DNA of 64,000 nt. Origin: Heptranchias perlo (lineage: Eukaryota). Positions 12,101-23,653 of the stretch are shown one piece after another. The stretch spans positions 12,276,001-12,340,000 of the forward strand of contig NC_090359.1 in assembly GCF_035084215.1 (NCBI RefSeq), in the 5' to 3' direction. Made by a program: the position numbers and the translations under genes. Each line of letters opens with the position of its first letter. The first letter of the stretch is position 1. Below the pieces are notes generated by a model. The model ran no database searches. It saw only the letters and a list, made by a program, of their open reading frames with translations, and had not been told where the DNA came from.

Positions 12101-13061
12101 GACCAGAGTCAGGGACGTCCTGGATGGCGGTGGGTCGGGTTGGTTGGAGCCGTGGGCGCTGGCCGCACGGATGTCCTCGTGGCGTGCCGGGGACGCGGCC
12201 ATCGCCATCCGGGCGTTGAAATCGGCGCTCGGCCCTGACTCCACTCGGGATGTGGAGGCGGCTCAGGCGTGCGGAGCCATCCCGTCCGACCTGACCCCCG
12301 TTCGGACGGAGTTCCTCCTCGGCGCCAAACCCCGGAACCTCCCTCGGGGGGCCGCGCCTCACAACTTGAGCCGTCTCTCGGAAATTCCCTCCGTGCTGTT
12401 TCACACCGCGCGGAGGGATTTCCTGTACGGGCTGCTCCTGCACACCCTCCACTTCCTCGCCTTCGTCTCTCGCCCGGACACGCCCTGGCGTGCCATCCTG
12501 CCGTCCGGCGGAGACGGGGGTCCCCAGTGGGGGGCTCTCTACTCAGGGGTCCTCCCGTGTTACTTTGGGGATCTGGGGTGGAGGGTGGCGCACGGAGCAG
12601 TCGCGTGCAACCGGCGGTTACGCCATTTCACGGACACCCAGGCCGCTTGTGATTTCTGCGGCCTGGAGGAGTCCGTGTTCCATCTGTACACGGGGTGTGG
12701 GAGACTGCAGCCCCTGTTCCATTATTTGAAGGGGCTGCTCCTCAAGTTCTGGCTGCATTTCAGTCCCACGCTCCTGATCTTTGGCCGCCCGGTGAGGAGG
12801 GGGGCGGGCAGGTCGGTGGACGTTCTCGTGGGCCTGCTCCTGGGCCTGTCCAAGGTGGCCATCCACAGGTCTAGGATGATCGTGGTCCGTGGGGGCGGTC
12901 GCTCGGCCTGTCTGCCTCTCTTCCGCGGAATGCTCCGCGCCCGGGTGGCCCTGGAGATGGAGCACGCGGTGTCTGCCGGTACGCTCGAGGCTTTCCGCGG
13001 CCGGTGGGCACCGCAGGGGCTGGAGTGCATTCTGGACGAGGAGAATAAAATTTTAATTTGA
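9159..13061 (+). CDS. Tx1 copy A ORF2: AP endonuclease, reverse transcriptase and C-terminal zinc-binding domain (about 1300 aa, uninterrupted)
   Basis: SLNING, LQETH, GGDFN, RIDR, SDHH (EN); KSPGLDG, NWRPVSLL, GVRQGCP, YADD, YLG (RT); CDFCGLEESVFHLYTGC. Confidence 0.95.
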   Translation: MEITIASLNINGGRDARRRFDKFSVLRDGKYAVCFLQETHTVPGDEATWILEWGGGVYLSHLASVSSGVAILLAPTFQPEILGVKEPVPGRLLHIALRHGDVPLHLVNVYAPWSGAEQVSFFEEVSTYLNSVDAGECIILGGDFNRTLEARDRSGPARARTATEKLRDLVGSFDLVDVWRNLHPDSGQFTFVRAGGGSTRIDRLYVSRAYASCVPSASIRPVSCSDHHLVWMELALLRARSGSAYWHFNNRLLEDARFRDSFRLFWSDWRGKRGGFSSLRLWWDVGKAHVRLFCQEYARGSTKRRESEVRRLEQEVLGLESRLGQAAEDPALRQVYEERKDALRDLQLVGSRGAYVRSRLQLLRDLDRGSPFYSLEKRRGARKQLLTLLADDGSLVSDPEGVRARARSYYEALFSPDPSSEEARRVLWEDLPKVGPEDAERLDAPLSLAELTGALHQLSRGKSPGLDGLTVEFLRAFWDVLGGDYARVLGECLATGEMPLSWRRAVVVLLPKKGDLRNLKNWRPVSLLSTDYKVFAKAMSARLGTVLAHMIHPDQSYTVPGRKIHDNIHLVRDLIHHSQRAGLSVAFLSLDQGKAFDRVDHEYLFGTLRAFGFGSHFVARIRLLYAAAECLIKVNGSLTAPLRFGRGVRQGCPMSGQLYAVCVEPFLRLLRKRLSGLALREPDVEVVLSAYADDVLLVVTDPLDLRRMRECQEVYSAASSARINWEKCSGLLVGQWRVDSLPEELRPFAWSTTHLRYLGVYLGPAEEAWPANWEELEAKVAARLARWTGLLRVLSYRGRVLVINQLVAAMLWYRLVTLTPPPEFVANIQRKFVDFFWARGMHWVAAAVLSLPLREGGQGLVCVRTQVATFRLRTLRRYLYVERPLRWRALATYFFRQLHGLNDDTQLLFISLVGGRMSLQELPVFYQDLLRVWNMVASGRSSCPSGVAAVLQEPLLGNPFLRDIGFGHSRLSVRRAVAGRVTRVRDVLDGGGSGWLEPWALAARMSSWRAGDAAIAIRALKSALGPDSTRDVEAAQACGAIPSDLTPVRTEFLLGAKPRNLPRGAAPHNLSRLSEIPSVLFHTARRDFLYGLLLHTLHFLAFVSRPDTPWRAILPSGGDGGPQWGALYSGVLPCYFGDLGWRVAHGAVACNRRLRHFTDTQAACDFCGLEESVFHLYTGCGRLQPLFHYLKGLLLKFWLHFSPTLLIFGRPVRRGAGRSVDVLVGLLLGLSKVAIHRSRMIVVRGGGRSACLPLFRGMLRARVALEMEHAVSAGTLEAFRGRWAPQGLECILDEENKILI

Positions 13062-13606
13062 ACACTTGGTTTTGGTTTGTTTGGTTTTAGTATTTAAGCA
13101 CACACCACACCCCCCCTTCTTATAAAAGGGGGGCCTAACAAAATAAAAAAAAATATAAAAGGAAAAAAAAAATCTGAAAGTTTCTCTTTCTTTCAATCTC
13201 TTGGAATCATAACTTTGAATTATTTGATAATAATTTGATATTTTCACTGAAGTGGCTTTTCATAATCTGGTCAAGTTTATTACTTGTTAGTGATTGTGAT
13301 GTTGAGACAATATTCAAAGCAATCAAGTTGTCTTGAATGAATTTGCAAACCATCCATTGGTCAGAGAAATGGAAATTCCATCCCATGGATGGTGTGAATC
13401 GTCCCCAGTTCTAATATAGAGAATGGGTGTGTCTGAGGATTGGCAGCATGGGGGCATCAACTGGGCAAAGCATTGTGGGATGCATCATTTTTAGTTTTGA
13501 TTCTCATGAAATGTTGTTTGGTAAAATTCAGGATATTCAGCGAGAATGAGAGGCAGTGAAGATTACTGAATGCAATGTCACCCACACAAACATCTCCATT
13601 TGTGTC

Positions 13607-13975
13607 AGCTGTGGCTCAGTGGCAGCACTCTCACCTCAGAGTCAGAAGATTGTGGGTTCAAGTCATCATCCAGAGACTTGAGCACATAATCTAGGCTGAC
13701 TAAGGGAGTGCTGTACTGTCGGAGGTGCCGTCTTTTGGATGTGATATTAAATCGAGGCCTCATCTGCTCTCTCAGGTGGACGTAAAATATCCCACAGCAC
13801 TATTTCGAGGAAGAGCAGCGGAGTTCTCCCCAATATCTGGACCAATATTTATCCCTCAACTAACATCACTAAAACAGATTATCAGGTCAATATTTCATTG
13901 CTGTTTTTGGGTCCTTGCTGGAGGCAAATTGACTGCCGCATTTCTTACCTTACAACAGTGACTACACCTCAAAGG
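13607..13975 (+). mobile_element. tRNA-derived SINE with Deu domain (SacSINE1/DeuSINE-like)
   Basis: A box gtggctcagtgg, B box ggttcaagtc, Deu-like core ggtgccgtcttttggatgtgatattaaatcgagg...gtaaaatatcccacagcact; second fragment at about 61061-61196. Confidence 0.75.
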
Positions 13976-14104
13976 TGCGAACTATGCAGCAGTCAAAGCT
14001 ACCAGATAATCCACACTGACTCGTAAAATTATGGCTCAACAACGTATGAAATGTGGTGACATTGATATCCCAAAAGTGCCTTTAGAGATCATAATATCCT
14101 ACTA

Positions 14105-14395
14105 TTACAGCACAGAAAGAAGCCATTCAGCCCATTGTGCCTATGCTGCCTCTTTGAAAGAGCTATCCAATTAGTCCCACTCCCCTGCTCTTTCCCCCTT
14201 CAAGTATTTATCCAATTTCCTTTTGAAAGTTATTAAATCTGCTTCCACCACCCGATGAGGCAATGCATTCCAGATCAGAACACTGAAAAAAGTTTCGTGT
14301 CACTTCTGGTTCTTTCACCAATCACCTTAAATCTGTGTTTGCTGGTTACTAACCGGTCTGCTACTGGAATCAGTTTCCCCTTATTTACTCCATCA
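14105..14395 (-). mobile_element. Degenerate CR1 3' end
   Basis: CR1-type 3'UTR and C-terminal remnants resembling 62330-62650. Confidence 0.65.
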
Positions 14396-15338
14396 ATATA
14401 AAGATATTAACATGGACTGACTGAAGACGGCAATTCTATCACACCCAGTGCAAGTCACAAGTTCCTAAACTTCACTTGGAAACACTGGATAATTACAGCT
14501 ACAGCATCAACATTTGAATCCATTCATAGGGGTGAAGGAGATGAATGGAGAACCCATAGGATTTGGAAAGGTTGATTACAATTTGGTATGGAACACACAA
14601 TAGGACTATAGGCAAATCGACACATTTATGGAGGAGCTGATTGTATTGTGTTTATGAATTGATGGCATTGGGATGTGGAGTTTCAGGCAAAATATCCATT
14701 TAACTTGGTTTAAATGAAATGGTGATCCAGTAGAATTTAGAATTGTAATCTAGTATTAACTGCACAATGGGATAAATACAAATTGATAGATTTATGGATG
14801 AGCTGCTTATATTGGGTTTATGAATTGATGGAACAGTAGTGGTATGGAAGAGTTTAGGAGCCTTATCTATTCAACTTAATGGTTCAAGTTAGTTGTTTAG
14901 TGCATTTACTCCGTCTCCCAGAAGGAAGATTTTGTTTGCTGGAGTTTAGTTCGAGGTATTTTTTCTGTACCATACCCAATTTATTATTCATGGGGGAGAT
15001 TAACAGGGGGTTGGGGGGCAGAAGATGAAAATGAAGGGAAATAGACAAACAGGGAACCTGCACTCCCCCATATGAGACCTATTTGACTCCAAACAAACAG
15101 TTTATTAGGAGTAATAGTGAGTGATTTCATAAGCTACCCCAACTACCTACTGAGGTCTGTAGCATCTTTGAAAAAAAAGCATCTGGATTGTTCTTCCCCA
15201 GGCAGATACTATTCTTTAAAAAATTGCCTATTGGACTGAAATTACTAGTTCACTTTCCTTGTGTTTTCATAGAAGTTACAACATGGAAACAGGCCCTTCG
15301 GCCCAACATGTCCATGTCGCCCAGTTTATACCACTAAG

Positions 15339-18287
15339 CTAGTCCCAATTGCCTGCACTTGGCCCATATCCCTCGATACCCATCTTCCCCATGTAACTGT
15401 CCAAATGCTTTTTAAAAGACAAAATTGTACCCGCCTCTACTACTGCCTCTGGCAGCTCGTTCCAGACACTCACCACCCTTTGAGTGAAAAAATTGCCCCT
15501 CTGGATCCTTTTGTATCTCTCCCCTCTCACCTTAAATCTGTGCCCCCTCGTTATAGACTCCCCTACCTTTGGGAAAAGATTTTGACTATCGACCTTATCT
15601 ATGCCCCTCATTATTTTATAGACTTCTATAAGATCACCCCTTAACCTCCTACTCTCCAGGGAATAAAGTCCCAGTCTGTCTAACCTCTCCCTGTAAGTCA
15701 AACCATCAAGTCCCAGTAGCATCCTAGTAAATCTTTTCTGCACACTTTCTAGTTTAATAATATCCTTTCTATAATAGGGTGACCAGAACTGTACATAGTA
15801 CTCCAAGTGTGGCCTCACCAATGCCCTGTACAACTTCAACAAGACATCCCAACTCCTGCATTCAATGTTCTGACCAATGAAACCAAGCATGCTGAATGCC
15901 TTCTTCACCACCCTATCCACCTGTGACTCCACTTTCAAGGAGCTATGAATCTGTACTCCTAGATCTCTTTGTTCTATAACTCTCCCCAACGCCCTACCAT
16001 TAACGGAGTAGGTCCTGGCCCGATTCGATCTACCAAAATGCATCACCTCACATTTATCTAAATTAAACTCCATCTGCCATTCATCGGCCCACTGGCCCAA
16101 TTTATCAAGATCCCGTTGCAATCCTAGATAACCTTCTTCACTGTCCACAATGCCACCAATCTTGGTGTCATCTGCAAACTTACTAACCATGCCTCCTAAA
16201 TTCTCATCCAAATCATTAATATAAATAACAAATAACAGCGGACCCAGCACCGATCCCTGAGGCACACCGCTGGACACAGGCATCCAGTTTGAAAAACAAC
16301 CCTCGACAACCACCCTCTGTCTTCTGTCGTCAAGCCAATTTTGTATCCAATTGGCTACCTCACCTTGGATCCCATGAGATTTAACCTTATGTAACAACCT
16401 ACCATGCGGTACCTTGTCAAATGCTTTGCTGAAGTCCATGTAGACCACGTCTACTGCACAGCCCTCATCTATCTTCTTGGTTACCCCTTCAAAAAACTCA
16501 ATCAAATTCGTGAGACATGATTTTCCTCTCACAAAACCATGCTGACTGTTCCTAATTAGTCCCTGCCTCTCCAAATGCCTGTAGATTCTGTCCCTCAGAA
16601 TACCCTCTAACAACTTACCCACTACAGATGTCAGGCTCACTGGTCTGTAGTTCCCAGGCTTTTCCCTGCCGCCCTTCTTAAACAAAGGCACAACATTTGC
16701 TACCCTCCAATCTTCAGGCACCTCACCTGTAGCGGTGGATGATTCAAATATCTCTGCTAGGGGACCCGCAATTTCCTCCCTCACCTCCCATAACGTCCTG
16801 GGATACATTTCATCAGGTCCCGGAGATTTATCTACCTTGATGCGCGTTAAGACTTCCAGCACCTCCCTCTCTGTAATATGTACACTCCTCAAGACATCAC
16901 TATTTATTTCCCCAAGTTCCCTAACATCCATGCCTTTCTCAACCGTAAATACCGATGTGAAATATTCATTCAGGATCTCACCCATCTCTTGTGGTTCCGC
17001 ACATAGATGACCTTGTTGATCCTTAAGAGGCCCTACTCTCTCCCTTGTTACCCTTTTGCCCTTTATGTATTTGTAGAAGCTCTTTGGATTCACCTTTGCC
17101 TGATCTGCCAAAGCAATCTCATATCCCCTTTTTGCCCTCCTGATTTCTCTCTTAACTCTACTCCGGCAATCTCTATACTCTTCAAGGGATCCACTTGATC
17201 CCAGCTGCCTATGCATGTCATATGCCTCCTTCTTATTTTTGACTAGTGCCTCAATCTCCCGAGTCATCCAAGGTTCCCTACTTCTACCAGCCTTGCCCTT
17301 CACTTTATAAGGAATGTGCTTACCCTGAACCCTGGTTAACACACTTTTGAAAGCCTCCCACTTACCAGACGTCCCTTTGCCTGCCAACAGACTCTCCCAA
17401 TCAACTTCTGAAAGTTCCTGTCTAATACCATCAAAATTGGCCTTTCCCCAATTTAGAATTTTAACTTTTGGGCCAGACCTATCCTTCTCCATAGCTATCT
17501 TAAAACTAATGGAATTATGATCACTGGTCCCAAAGTGATCCCTCACTAACACTTCTGTCACCTGCCCTTCCTTATTTCCCAAGAGGAGGTCAAGTTTTGC
17601 CCCCTCTCTAGTCGGGCCATCCACATACTGAATGAGAAATTCCTCCTGAATACACTCAACAAATTTCTCTCCATCCAAGCCCCTAATGCTATGGCTGTCC
17701 CAGTCAATGTTGGGAAAGTTAAAGTCCCCTACTATTACCACCCTATTTTTCTTGCAGCTGTCTGTAATCTCCTTACATATTTGCTCCTCAATTTCCCGTT
17801 GACTATTTGGGGGTCTGTAGTACAATCCTATCAAAGTGATCTCTCCCTTCTTATTTTTCAGTTCTACCCATATGGACTCAGTGGGCGAACCCTCGGATAT
17901 ATCCCCTCTCACTACTGCCGTGATGTTCTCCCTAATCAAGAACGCAACTCCCCCTCCTCTCTTACCTCCTGCTCTATCTTTCCTATAGCATCTGTACCCT
18001 GGAACATTGAGCTGCCAGTCCTGCCCCTCCCTTAGCCATGTTTCAGTAATAGCTATAACATCCCAGTCCCATGTACCCATCCATGCCCTGAGTTCATCTG
18101 CCTTGCCCATCAGACTTCTTGCATTGAAATAAATGCAGTTTAATCTAGTCTTCCCTTGGTCTTTGCCCTGCTTTCTCAGACCATCTGTCCGGTCATGTTC
18201 TGTACACTCTCCCTTACTGCCTTTTGTTTCTGTCACCACTTTATTTCCCACTGACTTCCTGCATCGGTTCCCATCCCCCTGCCACAT
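15339..18287 (-). CDS. CR1 ORF2 (APE endonuclease + RT, 982 aa, intact)
   Basis: YFNARSL, ITETW, YYRPP, GDFN, SDH; QHGF, DFSKAFD, PQGSVLGP, FADD. Confidence 0.95.
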   Translation of the reverse strand: MWQGDGNRCRKSVGNKVVTETKGSKGECTEHDRTDGLRKQGKDQGKTRLNCIYFNARSLMGKADELRAWMGTWDWDVIAITETWLREGQDWQLNVPGYRCYRKDRAGGKRGGGVAFLIRENITAVVRGDISEGSPTESIWVELKNKKGEITLIGLYYRPPNSQREIEEQICKEITDSCKKNRVVIVGDFNFPNIDWDSHSIRGLDGEKFVECIQEEFLIQYVDGPTREGAKLDLLLGNKEGQVTEVLVRDHFGTSDHNSISFKIAMEKDRSGPKVKILNWGKANFDGIRQELSEVDWESLLAGKGTSGKWEAFKSVLTRVQGKHIPYKVKGKAGRSREPWMTREIEALVKNKKEAYDMHRQLGSSGSLEEYRDCRSRVKREIRRAKRGYEIALADQAKVNPKSFYKYIKGKRVTRERVGPLKDQQGHLCAEPQEMGEILNEYFTSVFTVEKGMDVRELGEINSDVLRSVHITEREVLEVLTRIKVDKSPGPDEMYPRTLWEVREEIAGPLAEIFESSTATGEVPEDWRVANVVPLFKKGGREKPGNYRPVSLTSVVGKLLEGILRDRIYRHLERQGLIRNSQHGFVRGKSCLTNLIEFFEGVTKKIDEGCAVDVVYMDFSKAFDKVPHGRLLHKVKSHGIQGEVANWIQNWLDDRRQRVVVEGCFSNWMPVSSGVPQGSVLGPLLFVIYINDLDENLGGMVSKFADDTKIGGIVDSEEGYLGLQRDLDKLGQWADEWQMEFNLDKCEVMHFGRSNRARTYSVNGRALGRVIEQRDLGVQIHSSLKVESQVDRVVKKAFSMLGFIGQNIECRSWDVLLKLYRALVRPHLEYYVQFWSPYYRKDIIKLESVQKRFTRMLLGLDGLTYRERLDRLGLYSLESRRLRGDLIEVYKIMRGIDKVDSQNLFPKVGESITRGHRFKVRGERYKRIQRGNFFTQRVVSVWNELPEAVVEAGTILSFKKHLDSYMGKMGIEGYGPSAGNWD

Positions 18288-19226
18288 TAGTTTAAACCCT
18301 CCCCAACAGCACTAGCAAACACTCCCCCTAGGACATTGGTTCCAGTCCTGCCCAGATGCAGACCGTCCAATTTGTACTGGTCCCACCTCCCCCAGAACCG
18401 GTTCCAATGGCCCAGGAATTTGAATCCCTCCCTCTTGCACCATCTCTCAAGCCACGTATTCATCTTAGCTATCCTGTCATTCCTACTCTGACTAGCCCGT
18501 GGCACTGGTAGCAATCCTGAGATTACTACCTTTGAGGTCCTACTCTTTAGTTTAACTCCTAACTCCCTAAATTCAGCTTGTAGGACCTCATCCTGTTTTT
18601 TACCTATATCGTTGGTGCCTATATGCACCACGACAACTGGCTGTTCACCCTCCCCCTCCAGAATGTCCTGCAGCCGCTCCGAGACATCCTTGACCCTTGC
18701 ACCAGGGAGGCAACATACCATCCTGGAGTCTCGGTTGCGTCCGCAGAAACGCCTGTCTATTCCCCTTACAATCGAGTCCCCTATCACTATAGCTCTGCCA
18801 CTCTTTTTCCTGCCCTCCTGTGCAGCAGAGCCAGCCACGGTGCCATGAACCTGGCCACTGCCACCTTCCCCTGGTGAGCCATCTCCGCCAACAGTATCCA
18901 AAACGGTATACCTGTTTTGGAGGGAGATGACCGCAGGGGACCCCTGCACTGCCTTCCTACTCTTCCTCTGTCTGTTGGTCACCCATTCACTATCTCCCTC
19001 AGTAATTTTTATCTGCGGTGTGACCAACTCACTGAACGTGCTATCCACGACTTTCTCAGCATCGCGGATGCTCCAAAGTGAGTCCATCCGCAGCTCCAGA
19101 GCCGTCAAGCAATAGCTGCAGCTGGACACACTTCCCGCAGGTGAAGGAATCAGGGATACAGGAAGGAGCCCTGAATTCCCACATCCCACAAGAGGAACAT
19201 GACACGGCGCTGGGATCTCCTGCCAT
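18287..19226 (-). pseudogene. CR1 ORF1 (N-terminal CxxC..CxxC, SGNH/GDSL esterase domain), frameshift near 19110
   Basis: ATG at 19226 reads MAGDPSAVSCSSCGMW..TCGKC; a different frame continues LTALELRMDSL..GDSIVR..HIGTND..DGLHL. Confidence 0.8.
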
Positions 19227-19544
19227 GACTTAACCCTTAAATTAGCTTAAGAACAACTACAATGTCAAGAGAGAAAAAAAGGAAAGAAAAACTACTTACC
19301 ACTCCCTTTAAGGAGTTTACTCCTTTAAATTGTTCTCAATTTAGAGAATGTTAACTACACTAGGGACCTTGATTCACTAAAAAATAAACGCTACTTCCTA
19401 TAAGACCTGCAGACCTTCCCTTTCCTTTTACTTCAGTTACTGCAGATAAGGAGAAATACTCACCTGAACCTACTCACCAATCAGGTGCCTCCCCTGTGTC
19501 GCGTCCCGATCTGATTCCTGACGTCACTTCGAACTCGGTCGCAG

Positions 19545-19759
19545 CTCCGCTCGGCTCCTCTCAGCGCTCTGAAATCCCGCCTTTTATCGGGCGCTCCCTC
19601 CGCTCGGCTCCTCTCAGCGCTCTGAAATCCCGCCTTTTATCGGACGCTCCCTCCGCTCGGCTCCTCTCAGCTGTTCTCAGCGCTCTGAAATCCCGCCTTT
19701 TATCGGACGCTCCCTCCGCTCCGCTCGGCTCCTCTCAGCGCTCTGAAATCCCGCCTTTT
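19545..19759. repeat. About 4 tandem ~53-bp monomers in the CR1 5'UTR
   Basis: ctccgctcggctcctctcagcgctctgaaatcccgccttttatcggacgctcc repeated with small indels. Confidence 0.9.
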
Positions 19760-20252
19760 GGAACAAAATGTTACAGCAGCTGATTTTGCATCATTAATGA
19801 GTTAAACAGTTGATAATATGCAGTACTAATAGGAACAGTAACTCATTACTGTATTGTTCTTTGCATTGAAATCAGCAGTAATCATTTTACTGCATAAATA
19901 CAATTTACACTCAAGGCAGACACATTGGCCCTCAACACCCAAGTCACTACATTGATATGACCCCAGAAGAAAAAATGTCATAGGGCAGAATCTCACCCTA
20001 AAGCCAATACATAGCCCAATGTAATTTGTTACAACAGCTGAATTATGTTAATCTGAAAAATAAGCAATCACTCAATTTACAAGGAGCCAAAACCCAGTCT
20101 TCTGTAACAGTTTATTTCCAGTTACTATTACATTTCACATCAAGAGCCCAGGTCTCACAGCTCTTAGTACAAAGTCACCATTGCTACAGGATAGGGGTTC
20201 TTCAGACTATAAACAGGAGTACTGAACAATAAGCTTTATCCCTGCAGTCAGT

Positions 20253-22810
<2,558 letters not shown>

Positions 22811-22885
22811 CTTTAAATTAACTTTAACAAAACTAAACAACTCTATTGAAGCAAGAAACTGAAAAACAGCCACCCAAAGCTCCAT

Positions 22886-23050
22886 ATTTATACTGCTGGT
22901 TAATCCTGGGCGTGGCAGCCTAGATGATGAGTGACAGTTGGCAATACCCAATCAGAAATTACATCCTCTCTCAGAACACCAATCAAGAAAAGGGAGGAGG
23001 GGAGATGACACCCAGAGCCAGTCAGAACTTTGAAGGAGGAGCATCATTGG
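22886..23050 (-). promoter_or_regulatory. Ferritin copy 1 promoter: TATAAAT (22892-22886) and CCAAT boxes (22948, 22979, 23046)
   Basis: Motifs seen directly; two CCAAT boxes 31 bp apart, typical of NF-Y promoters. Confidence 0.65.
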
Positions 23051-23106
23051 CTGACAATTCAATAAAGATCCAAATTGCTTTGACTTTCCTCAAACTGTAA
23101 AATCTG

Positions 23107-23282
23107 TTTCCGTGACCGGTGGGCACCGCAGGGACTGGAGTGCATCCTGGATCGATGTAATAAAATTATAATTTGACACTTATTTTGGGTTTATTGATTT
23201 ACTGCACATAAACACAACCAACCCCCCCTCCCCTTCTTATAAAAGGGGGGCCTAAAACACAAAAAAAGGAAAAGCAAAAAAA
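23107..23282 (+). mobile_element. Tx1 3' stub (last ~25 codons of ORF2, 3'UTR, A tail)
   Basis: RWAPQGLECILD-coding sequence, cttataaaaggggggcctaa hairpin, A-rich tail. Confidence 0.9.
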
Positions 23283-23570
23283 CCATGGCTGCTCTTCCAT
23301 CCCACACTCCAAAGAAAAAAAAATCTGATCGTGACCATATTCTTGACCATAATCGACCTTTCTTTGATGGACCAATAAGGGAGACTCTGGGTTGCCCCAG
23401 GGTCACCAAACATAAACCATCACAAGTGGCCCTCTCAGGGCACCACTAATATTGGATGGTCCAATCAAACTGAAAAGAGACCAAAATAAGCATCAAGTGC
23501 CACCAAAAACAACAGGATACTTTCCCAATTAAATCAGGATTCTATTATTGATGTCTGAAAGACAGTCTAT

Positions 23571-23653
23571 ACCCTGCGGTGCCCAGCGGTCGCGGAAGGC
23601 ATCAAGCGTAACGGTGGACACCACATGCTCCCTCTCCGGGGCCACCCGGGCAC
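23571..23653 (-). mobile_element. Inverted Tx1 ORF2 3' fragment
   Basis: Reverse complement encodes RVAPEREHVVSTVTLDAFRDRWAPQG. Confidence 0.8.

Larger units (their letters stand above)
6290..13172 (+). mobile_element. Near-full-length GC-rich Tx1-clade non-LTR retrotransposon (copy A); 5' boundary approximate
   Basis: 5'UTR shared with copies at 28190 and 33381, ORF1 with CCHC knuckle, ORF2 APE-RT-zinc finger, short 3'UTR with C6/G6 hairpin and A-rich tail 13136-13172. Confidence 0.95.
15268..19760 (-). mobile_element. Full-length young CR1 LINE
   Basis: Repeat-containing 5'UTR, esterase ORF1, intact ORF2, CR1 3'UTR. Confidence 0.95.

Noticed and set aside
7558-12965. Many overlapping and antisense ORFs inside the Tx1 copies (also 28996-32912)
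   Set aside because: Shadow ORFs expected from stop-poor GC-rich sequence; no recognisable domains
6898-13061. GC-rich block as bacterial contamination or horizontal transfer
   Set aside because: It is a LINE with a poly(A) tail and several diverged relatives embedded in host DNA in this window
23099-23327. AAAATCTG as a target-site duplication around the Tx1 stub (23099-23106 and 23320-23327)
   Set aside because: Half of the 8-bp match is A tail, so chance cannot be excluded without an empty allele
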